From Octopus sinensis (Eukaryota): DNA of 64,000 nucleotides. Where the stretch lies: the NCBI RefSeq assembly GCF_006345805.1, contig NC_043001.1, positions 94,116,001 through 94,180,000 of the forward strand. The letters run 5' to 3'. This document shows positions 14,370 to 28,499 of this stretch, piece by piece. The notes below the pieces were generated by a model. That model searched no databases, was not told the origin of the DNA, and saw nothing but the letters and a program-made list of their open reading frames with translations. Within the stretch, counting starts at the first letter, position 1. Each line of letters starts with the position of its first letter. Made by a program: the position numbers and the translations under genes.

Positions 14370-15394
14370 TAATAATAATGATAATAATAATGCGTTATGC
14401 ATCGGTACTTTGAATAAATAATATTACAATAAATAAATATTATCCAATCAGTGAATTCACCAATAGCAGCCTATTATTGTTCTAAAGCAAGTTAGAAGTT
14501 GGAGCCGGAGAAAAATAATTTGGTTCATTCGAATGCGGTTATTAATTTATTTATGATTATCATATTTAAATTTTATTTTTTCTGGCTCTATATTTAATAA
14601 GTATTTGCGTGTATTCGTCTTATAATGTCTTTTCAAAAATAAGGTTTATGAAGACATAAGAATAAGAATAAAAAAGAAAGCAGCCCCACGAAATGCACTC
14701 GCATCAGAGAGCGTAGAACAACTCTTAACTGTACGTTAAATAGGAAATAACATTAAAAGACAAATATAAAGGTTATTATACTTCCACAGACGTTTAGATT
14801 TTGCCTAATAGCTTTAATCTAATTATCTAGGTGAAAATGTGCTGGAAATGCAGTTATGAGTGAAATATATACTAGCAATGATAGTTACTATATAAATAAA
14901 CATATATAAATATCTCTAAAATATAAGAGATTTATCGAATAAGATATCATATACGATACATTTCTTTGTGATGTTACTTTCTTACAGTCAGATATTTCGG
15001 TAGTTTATTTATGTAAACAAAGAGACTTTTGCATATGAAAGTAAATGCATAGAGCTTAGGAAAACAAGAAAAAATAACATTACATTAGAGAGACAACGGC
15101 AACATTGAAACAAAAGGTTAATGACATTTCCCATGAAATTTGTTGGCGATACGCCTGCGAGTTTTTCTCATGAGGAGTCGTCAGGAACATAAAAAACAAG
15201 AGCTTAAATAGCGAAAGTATCTATGTCAGATTATATCAGAAACGGAAGTGTTTACATTTGTAACCTTAGATACCTTAATATTGATCATCTCGTGAGATGT
15301 ATAGCCGTTTTATAATACATTGTAAATAAGATAATTTCAAATTTGTCTGATGTCGATTTAGAATCATGAAATATAAGAAAGTTAACTAAATATA

Positions 15395-15835
15395 GGCGTG
15401 GGCGTGATCGTGTGGCAAGAAGCTTCCTGCCTAACCACATGGTTCTGGGTTCAGTCCCAGCATGGCAGCTTGGGCAGGTGTCTTCTACTCTAGTCTGGGT
15501 TCGACCAAAACCTTGTTAATGGATTTGGTAGGCGGAAACTGAAAGAAGCCCGTCGTATACACACACACACACACACACACACAGACATATATATATATAT
15601 ATATACACATACACACACACACACATATGTATGTATATGTTTGTGTATCTCTTTTGTCGCTTGACAACCAATGTTGGTGTGTTTATGCCTCCGTAATATG
15701 CAGTTCGGCAAAAGAGGCCGATAGAATAAGTCCTAGACTCACAAGGAATAAATCTTCGGGTCGATTTGTTCGACTAAAGGCGGTACACCAGCATGCCCGC
15801 AGTCAAATGAGTGAATCAAGAAAAAATAAAAGAAT
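15395..15835 (+). mobile_element. SINE family A copy
   Basis: Head gttctgggttcagtccc, internal (CA)/(TA) tract, tail ggcggtacaccagcatgcccgcagtcaaatga. Confidence 0.9.
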
Positions 15836-17302
15836 GGAAAGAAATACATTGTTATATCTAGAACGTCTTCTCTGGAAAAAAATTACCAATAGCCATTGCG
15901 AATACGTGCGAAATCATATATGATGTGAGATAGAGTATCGGCGAGTATATAATGTGACAGTTTATGGATTGTGCAAGAACTGATTTCGAAAGTAAAGAAT
16001 GAGCAAGCTGAGTAACTGAACTAGTGTCACATACTACGTCTCTCATTGAGGAAACATGAAGGTTACTAGAAAAGACATTGGATCGCGATTAAGTTTTTGC
16101 AGTGTTTAAGTGGGTGGATGATGCTAATGCTGCTATTAAAAATATAAGACCAGATGAGTTTTCTATAGTAAAACTATCCCATTGAGTTTCAGCACGGACA
16201 AATCGATTTAAAACATGTGAAGTGACTTTGTTGGTATGGTGAAAAGTGACTCTTCTAAAACCAAATCAAACATTAGAAACCTATGAGATTCCTGCAGAAC
16301 AGCGGCTTCCCAAATGGTGGTAAGGATGTCATGTGTTTTCCCACATTGCGGTTTGAGAGGTAAAATAAAGAACTGTCAGGACAATTAAGATAGACTTCAT
16401 GGTTCCGTCTTTGTTTGAAGATTCATACTATAGGTTGAGATTTTGAGAATGTTTAGAAAGTGTCACTTGTCTTTTGCTTCGACAACTGCTGGTATTATAT
16501 TTTTAAGGCAATAGTTTAATGCGCCCTTTTGTGGGGATTGGAGAAAAATGTCTGTTGGAGTGAGGTCTAAGACCGAATGTTTTGCACTAAATAAGATTTG
16601 TACACATTCTGAAAGTGTTGTATGATTGTGATGCATCTTCTAATATCGTTGCAACATGTTGTAAGTAATGCGCGAATAAGTGCACATGGGAAATTTCTAT
16701 CTTAGTAGAGCAAGCACTCAGAATTTTTTATCCGGGATTATAAATTGGCTTGGCAGAGAAAACTATATATATAAGCAGAATTTAGGCTAGTTGAAGTATG
16801 TTTGGGACATATTTCAACAGCTAAAAGGTAGATACACTGCAGTTACCGCGGAGAACACACCTCTCTTATGGTAAAAAGATGTGAAAACACCCGGTTCGTT
16901 CAGTATCACCATCTATTAGGAATCCCAGACATCTGTGTTTTAAGCTTCTTAGTTTTTGTCGATGAGATGTACCTAAGATAGGCAATTCTGAATGAATTTA
17001 TAAAGTCATAGTTTTATGTAAGATTCAGTAAACACGTTGACTGATTTGCTCTAATAGAGCGCTCGCTCGAGGAATATAACGAAGTGTTAGCGCTAATCAG
17101 TGTTTCGGCATGAGCAGAATTTAAGTCAGTTGAATTATATTTTTACCATAAGAGAAATATATTCTTCAAGGTAACTATAGTGAATTTGCCTTTTAGAATT
17201 TTAAATATGTCACAAACTATGTGTAGCATCTTTTTTTATATTTCTGTGATGTTTTTGCAGCTTTAATAATAATGTAGTTTACACACACACACACACACAT
17301 AC

Positions 17303-17335
<33 letters not shown>

Positions 17336-17482
17336 ATATATATATATATACATGAAAGATTACACACACACACACACACACGTATACATACATATATATC
17401 TATATGTATGTATATATGTATATCTATATCTATCTATATGTGTATTTATGTATATCTATATCTATATCTACCTATATGTGTA

Positions 17483-17521
<39 letters not shown>

Positions 17522-17554
17522 TATATATATTATATATATATATATATATAATAT

Positions 17555-17586
<32 letters not shown>

Positions 17587-17717
17587 CATGAAAGATTACA
17601 CACACACACACACGTATACATACATATATATCTATATGTATGTATATATGTATATCTATATCTATCTATATGTGTATTTATGTATATCTATATCTATATC
17701 TATCTATATGTGTATGC

Positions 17718-17748
<31 letters not shown>

Positions 17749-19155
17749 CGTACATATGTAATTATGCCTGTATGTATCTTCCTATCCATGTAAGTGTGCG
17801 ACTGTATATATGTTGATGCTGCTTAGTCACTAATGTACATCGTTTGCTGAATGTGTTAGCAGAAAAAATCACCTCTCATTGTTGTTCTGAGTTCCTCCAC
17901 GTTTAGCCCTGAGTATCTTTTCATTTTATATTTTCGGGGAATTTCTTATTGATTCTCTTTATTCTGTTTGGTACGTAAATAACTGCAAATATATTTGCAG
18001 TTTGTCTTTTTACACTGTCCTTGCACTTTTTTACTTCCCTCTTTTCTTTTTTAAGTTCGTGTGAATGGAGTAATCATCATAAACTTCATCATCGTCATCG
18101 TCATCATTATCATCATCACCGTCATAATCAGTGTCATCAACGACATGATCAACCTCATGATCACCGTCTTATTTATGGCTTCTCCCTTGGGTGTGCGAAT
18201 TCGGAGAGCATCATCTACAACGTCTTCGTCTAATGATATTTGATGAAAAATGCTATTATTTCTTTCATTTTATCCAGGAAAGAAATCGGAATATTTAAAT
18301 ACAAACTACATTAGCCCGGGGTAGAAAATACACTATGTGAAATTTTAATCCCTGTATAAATATTTGTAGTTATATATTTGTATTACTATTCGAAGTTTAA
18401 GATGGCCTCAAAAATATGATGAATAAGTGTTCGCTTCGAGTCGTTGTAGTGGATAGTATAAGGTAAACAAATATGACCTATTTGTTTAGTAACATGAACT
18501 TAATTTTTCTTTTAAAAATTCAAATGACAAAGTAATAATTAAAGAAAAATCATTGCTTGAAGCATATACACAGCAACACAATGAAAATTCGAAGAAACAA
18601 TATTGTTTTAATTCAGTGTTTAAACATCATTTTAAAATGTACCCCACCACCGAAAAAAACAACAACAGCAATGTAAACAGCACGTATAACAAAGAATACA
18701 CATGCAGTAACACATCGTTCTATTTTTGACAAGTGTAATGTTTTATAAGACGTTCTTTGGTTTGGAATTGCTTCAGGAAAGAGAGAAATTATGGAGGAAT
18801 CTTGCACAGTGAAGGCGCGACGTATGATGATGCGTGTTTGAAATATGAGGGAAATATTCAATACACATATGGAGCTACTGTTGAAATGAAGACAGATATA
18901 AATGAAAAGTGATGTTGCTTTTTCGGATAAAATCATATGGATGGCCGTTCTTGTTCAGTTTGATTTTTGCGAGAAGGCCAGAAAAGGAATACATGAACTG
19001 CATACTGCTTACACAATGGCTATTTAGTCTAGTAAATGATAAAAGGAAGTTAAAGTCTTAAACCTTCATATCTGCCCTAGCAATTGTGGTTGGTGAGCAT
19101 TAAAGTAATTCAGCTAAGAATGTCATTGGCTGGGCGCGATATAGACCTCTAGAGT

Positions 19156-19440
19156 GTGGAGGCACATGGCCCAGTGGTTAGAGCAGCGGACACGCGGTCG
19201 AGGGATCACTGGTTAGAAACTGAGACCGGGCGATGTGTGTATTTATGAGCGAAACACCTAGGCTCCACGCGGCTCAAGCAGAAGGTAATGGCGAACTTCT
19301 GCTGACTCTTTCGCCATAGCTTTCTCTCACTCTTTCCTCCCGCGACGGACTGGCGTCCCGTCCAGGTGGGGAACCTACACGCCAAAGAAACCGGGAAACT
19401 GGTCCTTATGAGCCAGGTAGTGCTCGAGAAGGAACAAATA
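19156..19440 (+). mobile_element. SINE family D copy
   Basis: A-box-like tggcccagtggttagagc, core ggactggcgtcccgtccaggtgggga..gaaaccgggaaac; second copy at 34551-34860. Confidence 0.85.
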
Positions 19441-19761
19441 GACTTCTAAATACTATCTTATTCCGAAAATAACTGGTGTGCCCCAGTTAAACCGAAGGGA
19501 GAGAGAAGAAAAAAGATGAGTGTCACTTGTGAAATATAGTAAACTGTCCAAGTTCAAAATATAAACTATGAGAAAGGGTTCAGATGAGTTTTTGTTGTTG
19601 AGAAAAGGATTATAGAAAATGGGATGAGGTATTTGAGGATGGATATATTTTAGTGTCATACTCTCTACAAAAGAGATTGAAAATATTTCATTTCATTCAA
19701 ATATTCCAAGGGAGATAAAATGCTAACACAAGAAATGAAAATACATGTACATGTTGTTGCC

Positions 19762-20185
19762 ATGTAGGAGTGGCTGTGTGGTAAGTAGCTTGCTTACGAA
19801 CCACATGGTTCCGGGTTCAGTCCCATTGCATGGTGCCTTGGGCGAGTGTCTTCTACTATAGCCTCGGGCCGACGAAGGCCTTGTGAGTGGATTTGTAGAT
19901 GGAAACTGAAAGAGGCCCGTCGTATATATGTATATATATATGCATGTGTGTGTCTGTGTGTGTGTATGTTTGTGTGTCTGTGTTCATCCCCCCAACATCG
20001 CTTGACAACCGATTCTGGTGTGTTTACGTCCTCGTAACTTAGCGGTTCGGCAAAAGAGACCGATAGAATAAGTACTAGGCTTACACAGAATAAGTCCTGG
20101 GGTCGATTTGCTCGACTGAAAGCGGTGCGCCACCAAGGCCACAGTCAAATGACTGAAACAAGTAAAAGAGTAAAAGAGTAAAAAA
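19762..20185 (+). mobile_element. SINE family A, near-intact copy
   Basis: tRNA-derived head ggctgtgtggtaagtagc..ggttccgggttcagtccc, internal microsatellite, 3' stem cagtc-aaat-gactg and (gtaaaaga)n tail. Confidence 0.92.
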
Positions 20186-22047
20186 AGAATTCAGAAATTG
20201 CTAACAATCTAAATGTTGCATAGTTTTTCGTACACACAGTTCGGAGGGAATTGAACGCCTCTGTTATGGATGTTTCCACTGTGTCGAAAAAGAAAGTCTT
20301 TCTGAAAATTTAGATACTATAAGGACAGAGCAATTCATCTAACGAGAACAAAATATTATCGCTGGTGATTTCGGAAAACAAATGAATGCCATCGTCATAG
20401 AGATTCAGGTGTGGGACTGAACATTCAGAATGTTTGTGCACGTGGACATTCGACATAATACTGAGGATACACCAATTCATAGCGAACGGGAAAACCTTTC
20501 AGCCAAGTGGTTAGTGAACAAATTTCAAAAATATTTTATGATTTCATTTTTCACTGATGAGACTAAATTTCTAGATTGTATTTGTTTAATTAAGTCTCGA
20601 AATATGCACTCAGACACCTCTCGCAGCCTACCTATTTTTATATAGAAAAGGCATATCTAAAATAAAATAAAAAGCAATTGCTTAAGTTTCACAACGCTCC
20701 GTTGCAGTAGATGAAATAAACGTCATAAACACAGAAATAATATTTGAGGTAAATGGCCCAAGAAATCGGAGATTAGAGGAAAACTAAAACTGAAACATTA
20801 ACGTGTTGTGATCAACAAAAACAATTGTTTAAAAACTAGGAACAAAGTCTGCGATGTTAAGGAGATAGAGGTTGTTAGTACCATCGAAGGCATTACTTGA
20901 TTTGTATGTATTGTGTTTTCAGGAATAGCACAAAACTGGCGTTGGCACCATATAGCAGAATTTAAAGGCTCATAAGTATAAACCAGAAAGTATTTTGTTG
21001 GAATGTCTATCGATTCAACCTATCTTGTCTGAGAATAAAAAAAAAAGGTTAGAATAATAGTTTCTAACCAATGCCACCATTAGGACTTATTCGATGTCAT
21101 TGACCTTGATTCTAGAGTGTTGAAAGATCTAAAAAGTATATTTTCTGACAATTTACGGATTGAAGCATTTTACAATCTGATTACAGAGGTGAAATATTAT
21201 CGAGAGAGAATATATAGAAATAATAACCAAATATTAACAAAATACCATTACCGAATAGCAAACACCACTAGTTTAACATTCGTTATTTATATGATGAAAA
21301 GCACAAATTTTAAAATCCATCAGCAAATAACATGTTAAGATGACATCTGATCTAGTGTGATATTTAAGATTAAAATTTTTCTTTAGGCTATGCTTCATAA
21401 AGCCATCTCTTCGTGACATTGAAGTACTTTCTTATATATTTGATGGGAAATTTAATCATAAGGGAAAGGGGATTAATTTGATACAAGAATCAAATGTTTA
21501 AAATTTGTGGATGAACTGAAAATTTAACGCATAACAGAAAAAAAAATGGGACTTATTGATACATTCCTCAAGAATCTGCAGCTGAAATATTGTGTTGCTG
21601 TTTTGTATTTGAAAATGTGACATATTTATAATGGAAACATGCTTACATACAATAATGCAATAATAAGATTAGCGAATGGCAAGGGCTGAATAGCAAATAT
21701 TTTTGTGTATTCTGAGATAACGTGATGCAACATAAATAAATAATATAAGAAATAGAAAGATATACTTGAAAGTCTAGGGAGGGCTTATAAATGCAAGTAA
21801 ATAGAAGGAATATCATTAAAGAGATGAACACCTAGCAATACCAATATTAAATTATATAAGGAACTTCGTTTTTCATTGGTGAGAAAATAAACTGAAGACA
21901 ATACACATACTTACCAAAATTATGCTAACGACATATAATGTGTGAATTCTATAAGAGCTTAGTTGACATAAGCTGTTAACACGAAAAATGAGAGGTGGGT
22001 GCCATTTGAGGAAACTTATACAACATTAACTTAACCATTACTTATAC

Positions 22048-22432
22048 CTATTTCTTTACTACCCAACAAGGGGCTCAACACAAAGAGGACAAACAAGGAG
22101 AGACAAACGGATTAAGTCGATTATATCGACACCAGTGCGTAACTGGTACTTATTTAATCGACTCCGAAAAGCTGAAAAGTAAAGACGACTTCGGCGAAAT
22201 TTGAACTCAGAACGTAACGGCAGACGAAATACCTATTTCTTTATTACCCACAAGGGGTTTACACAGAGAGGACAAACAAGGAAAGACAAACGGATTAAGT
22301 AGATTATATCGACCCCACTGCGTAACTGGTACTTATTTAATCGACCCCAAAAGGATGAAAGGCTGAGTCGACCATACGAAATACCGCTAAGCATTTCGCC
22401 GGCGCGCTAACGCTTCTGCCAGTGCGCCGCCT
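22048..22432 (-). mobile_element. SINE family B with tandem-duplicated body
   Basis: One head (ends near 22432) followed by two copies of the roughly 185-bp core plus tail. Confidence 0.9.
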
Positions 22433-22942
22433 TTCAAAACTTATACCTACAGAGAGTTTAATCAATACATGATTTGTATCTTCCTTCATTTATAATATAT
22501 AGAGATCATATCAGACATGAGTATTGTTTCAGTTTAGTTTACAGCATAACTTTCATCGTTAAATTTTGCTCAAGGTTTGTTTTCAAAGCCTATAAAATAG
22601 TCATCTGCTGTTGTTCGTCTATATTCCGTCTCATTCCGTCTAAAATTTTTATCGCATCAGCTCTGCAGCTTCTCAATGGGCACAGCCCTTCCATACGAGG
22701 ATTCAGATTATAAATTAATTTGATGTCCTACATCACTGCGGCAAGTTAGGAGTTACTGATATCATATTTCATTATTTGTTCATTTCCTATCCTTTGTTGT
22801 TAACTTTAAATATCGCAATTTTATGTAGGAGTTATAGTGTGGTGTAGCAGAGTATAACGCTATGCATACAAACTGAACAGAATATACAAAACATCTAAAC
22901 ACAACCCCGGGAGCAGGAAATTTCTGTTTATAATGTAATATA

Positions 22943-23150
22943 TTGAGTGAAAGAGCAGCGTGTGCCATCAAAATGACACAGGGCTACAAATATAAGATGC
23001 CCAATATAACCATCAGGGCTAAACCTTTCATGAACACTACACGGGGTACAAATATAAGATGCCAAAAGACACGCAGCCAGATCCGGGAATCGAACTCACA
23101 ACCTCTTGATCGTAAGCTCGACGCTCTAACCACTGAGCCATGCGCCTTCA
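22943..23150 (-). mobile_element. tRNA-headed short SINE sharing its tail with the 36314-36817 element
   Basis: Minus strand ggcgcatggctcagtggttagagc..gagttcgattccc (A and B boxes), ending tgtcattttgatggcacacgctgctctttcactcaa. Confidence 0.75.
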
Positions 23151-23472
23151 CTCTTCTAGCGACTGTTTAAGAAAACATAATAACATCATGGGATTACATA
23201 GACAGTAATTTACGTAGGATATGGGCAGTTCCCATGAGCACTACGGTTTGAATTTCTGCCAATAATGGGGATTCCTGGTATCTGAGCTCTTCTTCTTATT
23301 TTTATTATTTTTATAGATGTTGCACAATATACAATGTCGTGAGGCATCGTCTAAGGTGGTGCACTGGCAGAATAGTTAGCACGCCAGACAAACGCTTAAA
23401 TGCTACTACTACTACTACTACTAGTACTACTACTCCATATTTTAGAGATGAGGAATTCTGTACATTATTTAC

Positions 23473-23509
<37 letters not shown>

Positions 23510-23789
23510 TAATAATAATAATGATGCTGATGATAAACAGTGAGTAAAATCTTGAGAAGTACATCGAACAAACAGGGGCTGCATTAAGGGTAGAGCACTT
23601 GCAGAAAAAAAAACAGCACTGCTTGGAACCGCTTGAATGCTCCGGAAGGTGCACGTAAAATAAGAGGCGTTACCTTAGTTCACTGGTAGTGAACAGATGA
23701 TACCGTAGTACTTCTCCAATATTAGAAGCTGTACAAAGGCAATAATAATAATAATAATATTAATAATACTAACATCATCAAAATATATG

Positions 23790-23901
23790 TATATACCTTG
23801 GGAATGAGAACCCAGAGTTGGGTTCAAAATTATAGCATGATACCTAATGAAGGCTGGAGACCGAAGGGACACATATCCGTCCAATGTAAACAATGTAAAT
23901 A

Positions 23902-23905
<4 letters not shown>
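23790..23905 (+). mobile_element. Degraded copy of the short hammerhead-bearing repeat
   Basis: ggaatgagaaccc..atacctaatgaaggctgg..atatccgtccaatgtaaa matches 38575-38735; the core is mutated to CTAATGA. Confidence 0.65.
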
Positions 23906-23945
<40 letters not shown>

Positions 23946-24365
23946 CGGAAAAAATGCTACTTCTACCTCGGAAGATTCCGAGCCAAAATGTCACTGAGCA
24001 TTTTGGCCGTGACAAAGATTCTGCTTGCTCACCGCTGTAAAAAGAACGTTGACTATGGATGATGATAAGAAGGAGACGGACAAAGACGTAGTAGTAGTAG
24101 TACTAGTAGTAGTAATAGAAGAAAAAAGAAAAGAGAAGAAAAAGACAAAGAAGAAAAAGAAGACGAAGAAGAACAACAACAAGAAGAAATATTTATTGTC
24201 CCATGATGATGATGGTGATGATGCTGGTAGTGGTGGCTTTGGTGGTGATGAGGATGCTGCTGATGACGACGACGGTGGTGGTGGTGGTAGTGCTGGTGAT
24301 GGTTGTCGTGGTGGTGTTAGTGGTCGTGGTGATGGTGATGATGATGATGATGATGATAGATATTA
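23900..24365. repeat. Trinucleotide repeat mosaic (TAC, GTA, GAA, GAT, GGT)
   Basis: Directly visible. Confidence 0.9.
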
Positions 24366-25082
24366 GTTTTGAAGTGATTCTTATTATTACTAGCGATCAT
24401 CGTCATCATTTGTATTCTGTACGCTTTTGAATTCTCCATTACGTTCCTATTTTCAAGAGATCATATTTAGAGAGATATTACATCCAAGTAGGTATTTTGT
24501 CTGACTTGACTGAAATGTCTATAAGCAAGCCATTTTAGTCTCTTAGATGACAATCACATCAATCTCCAAATAATAACAGAGTAAGAAAGAAATACGTACT
24601 ATTACATGCAGGGAGACGTAGAAGCACACACTTATACATAGTCATATTTTGAATAAGTATGGATTCTGAATCTATGGTGGTTCTGCGGCTGTGTCTGTAT
24701 CCATATATATTTTATGTTCTTTGTTTTGCTAGGGGGATGGATATGGATTTTATATAATTCGTATGCTAAATTTCGGGCTTTGAATAATTCTTACATTATC
24801 TGCCTTGAAGTAACAATAACATACTTGAAGTGTATTACATATTCGACGACGTATTATTATACAATAAAACACACGCAAGATGTACATACAGCCAGAAAAT
24901 CAGACAGCAATAGATGTGCATGTGTGATTTTACATATAGACATTTATCTATTTCTATATCCATGAATCTATCAATCTAAGTATCTATGTTTATATGTAGA
25001 TATATAGGTATATGTAAGCATGTATATATATATATATTATATATATATAGATGTATAGATATATACATACATGTATATACTT

Positions 25083-25193
25083 GTGGCAAGAAACTTCCTT
25101 TCCAACCACATTGTTCAGAGTTCAGTCCCACAGCGTGGGATTTAGTAGAAGACAATAGAAGATTTAGTAGAAGATTTAGTAGAAGAAGCCTGT

Positions 25194-25243
<50 letters not shown>

Positions 25244-25455
25244 TATGTATTTGTGTGTCTGTGTTTTCGACCCCCCACACAATCGTTGACAACCGATGCT
25301 AGCATGTATATATCCCCGTAACGTAACGGTTCGGCAAAAGAGACCGATATAATAGGTACTATACTTACAAAGAAGTAAGTTCTGGGGTGGATTTATTTGA
25401 GTAAATGCAGTGCTCCAGTGTGGCCGCATTCAAATGACTGCAACACGTGAAAGAG
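25083..25455 (+). mobile_element. SINE family A copy with internal deletion and a 12-bp mini-repeat (gatttagtagaa)
   Basis: Head, body and tail motifs of family A. Confidence 0.85.
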
Positions 25456-25529
25456 GAAATAGTATACATACATATATATACTTAATATTTTCTACTGGAA
25501 GCCGAATGCCTCAAATTTGGGGAAAAAGA

Positions 25530-25872
25530 TGAAGTCATTTACGATGACCGTAGTGCGTAATTGGTACATCGACCCCGAAATGATGAAAGGCAAATTCAAA
25601 CTCAGAGGAATTTGAAGTCAGAATGTAGCGACGGATGAAATACCTTTTTCTTTACTACCCACAAGGGGCTAAACACAGAGGGGACAAACAAGGATAGACA
25701 AACGGATTACGTCGATTATGTCGATCCCAGTGCGTAAAATAGTACTCATTTAATCGATCCCGAAAGGATGAAAGGCAGAGACAACCTCGGCGGAATTTGA
25801 ACTCAGAACGTAGCGGCCGACGAAATGCTGCTAAGCATTTCGCCCGGCGTGCTAACGTTTCTGCCAGCTCGA
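25530..25872 (-). mobile_element. SINE family B with partial second body
   Basis: Head at about 25820-25872, full body, then an older partial body at about 25530-25650. Confidence 0.85.
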
Positions 25873-25905
25873 CTTTTAGTATTTATACATACACACACAA
25901 ATATA

Positions 25906-26804
25906 GGAGGTCTGATCAATAAGTGTCCGGAGCTGTTGCCACAGTAACGGAGTAAAGCCGCTTGGCATAGATTCACCTTAAACGCTGCTGTGCATGCGTA
26001 TTAAGTTTTAACATTTTTGCATTCAATTCTGCTGTCTAAAGCTGTGCTTGAAATAATGTTTGTAGCGTCTGATCGTTGCATTGATCATAAGAGAGTAAGC
26101 TGAGCAGAGAATCTGCATCAAATTTTACCAAATGTTTGATGATACTTGCTCAGAGGCCAAGATAAAGCCGTAGAAAGTGTATGGAGAATAGTGTATGAGA
26201 CGCACACAAATGTGCAATTGTTTCAGACGTTTCCAAAATTGCCGGAGGAATGTTGACGTTGACGATTCTTCTGGGTGACCCTCGACCAGTAGAACTGCGA
26301 AAAGCATTTCAGATGTGCGTGCAGTTCTGGGGGGAAATTGTCGAATCACAATCCGTGAGCTCTCCGAGGGTGTGCAGATCACCTAAGGTTCAGTTCTGTC
26401 TATTGTCACAGAAGATATGTGTATGAGACGCGTGTCGGCCAAGTGTGTGCCGAAACTGCTTTCAGCAGACCAAAAAGACACTCGGAATGCAGTTGCACAA
26501 ATACTCCTTGATTGTGTCGAGGATAATGAAACCGTTTTTGAAAACGTTGCGTAGGGCCCTGAGCAGGTCTCACCAAGCTTTAGGTAAAATTTGAGGCAGA
26601 TTCTCTGCTCAAACTTCTCTGTCACTCACAATGCGACGATCACAACGCGACACACCTTCTTTCCAAGGTCTGCTGTAAATAGCGGAAGGGAGCTGAAGTG
26701 AGGTGAGGTGAAGGTCACTCTGTGCCGTGCGGTTTCACTCTGCTTGCTTTAACTTCATTTTTCGTTATCATGGTGGTATCCGGATACTTATTGATCAGAC
26801 CACT
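25906..26804. mobile_element. Tc1/mariner (mariner-type) non-autonomous derivative
   Basis: TA-flanked TIRs ggaggtctgatcaataagtgtccgga / tccggatacttattgatcagaccact. Decayed transposase N-terminus on + (EQRICIKF..RITIRELSE..MRRVSAKCVPKLLS) and an inverted second N-terminus on - (MTEKFEQRICLKF). Confidence 0.85.
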
Positions 26805-27006
26805 TATATATATGCACAACTATGTGCATATATCTGTGTGTGTATATATATTTTATACTATACACACACACACACATATAGCAGAGGTCGGAGTTAAAAT
26901 ATAGCTTCCTATAGTATGCAAGGTGTATGTACAGAGGGACACGGTTTGAATTAATTATGGTATCATCTATATAGACCTGTTTGTACGTGGTGAGTTTTGA
27001 GAGAGA

Positions 27007-27038
<32 letters not shown>

Positions 27039-27712
27039 AAAATCAGAGATAGGAAATTTATATTTATTCCGTAAAATATACGAAGGCAGTAAATTGGAAT
27101 TGGGTAATAACCTTTTGCAGTTGTTGCAAAATTTCAAAGATGAAAATCATGATAAGGGTGGAGAATTTAGTGTTAGAGAATTCATTAACCATACATCAAG
27201 GCACTGGGATTTGTATCTGTCCCGAGGGGAGAGGGACATTGAATAACTCTGTGCCGTGCGGAATCTATTAAGGGAGGTAATCATATTATTAAAAGCACAG
27301 GTAAATATAGAGACGAAACTTCAAATATTTGATAGTTGATATGTTTTCTCCGAAAAGATAACGTATGGTTATCATAGTCTTTTACAAATATCAAACTTCA
27401 GGTATTGACATATTCAGGTATTCAAACAAATTACTTTACATTAACAGGAAATGTACTTTAAAAAACGGGACATTTATTTGGTACCTGGACGATCACGAAC
27501 ACCTGTAAGACATATCTTACGTCGTGTTATCGTGGTACTTATACAGCTTGGTTACTGTCCAGAGAAAAATGCAGTTGGAATTATACATATATACATACAT
27601 GCAAACACCTGCACAAGCACCACACACACAAAACACACACACTCATATATATATGTATGCATTTATACATACGTGATATTTGTGTATGTGTGCATACGTG
27701 TGTATGCTTATG

Positions 27713-27771
<59 letters not shown>

Positions 27772-28499
27772 TGTGTGTGTGGAGGAAAAGGGAGAGAGAT
27801 GGAGAGAAAGAGAGAGAGAAGGAGAGAGAGATTAGAGAAATATATACGACCATCAATACAGTAACACTACTTTTCACATCGATACATACATACAAAAGAC
27901 ACATGAACACACATATACGCGCACATATTGCGGAAGCGCGCGCACTCTCTCATAAATTGGGTTATATTTATGAGTGAAGAATCAATATGTTTTTATATAT
28001 TATACTGCGTTTACTGAATAGGGTATTATAGATTATAGACAACAATTATGATGGCATCATTTCTTCTTAGGACATTTGAAAAATTAATGTGTGTCTATTA
28101 TTGGAAACATGACTAAAATATTATTTACGAACAAGTATCAACCGTATTACAAAACCATCATCAAAATTGTCCATAAAATTTGCAATTCACCGAAAACTCC
28201 ATACTGTTTAATAATAACGACACGAATAGAAATGCATAGATAAATTCAGAAATTTCGCTCTAATCAAGAACCAAAAACGGTGCGCAAGACGTAACTGTTC
28301 GATGAGGTTATTATGATGGAGTTATTTTGAAGTTGAATGTGTCTGATGGCTCTGAAACTTATAATCCACCGAGTTATATCACTCTTCCGGTTATTAAAAA
28401 TCCTATTTCATGAATTAATGTCACAAACTGTACCTGTTTCATCTGAGGGGAAAGAATTATTTCTAATATAGGCGTGCCTGTTATAGAAATTTTGGTAGG

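Noticed and set aside
17351-17720. About 236-bp tandem duplication within a microsatellite
   Set aside because: Low-complexity slippage or assembly effect; no independent signal.
16030-21400. Unique-looking stretches that might be old transposon ORFs
   Set aside because: No recognisable protein motifs by eye; would need tBLASTx or RepeatMasker.
23070-23150. tRNA gene
   Set aside because: A and B boxes are present, but there is no matching acceptor stem and it continues into a SINE body; the same applies to the other tRNA-like heads.
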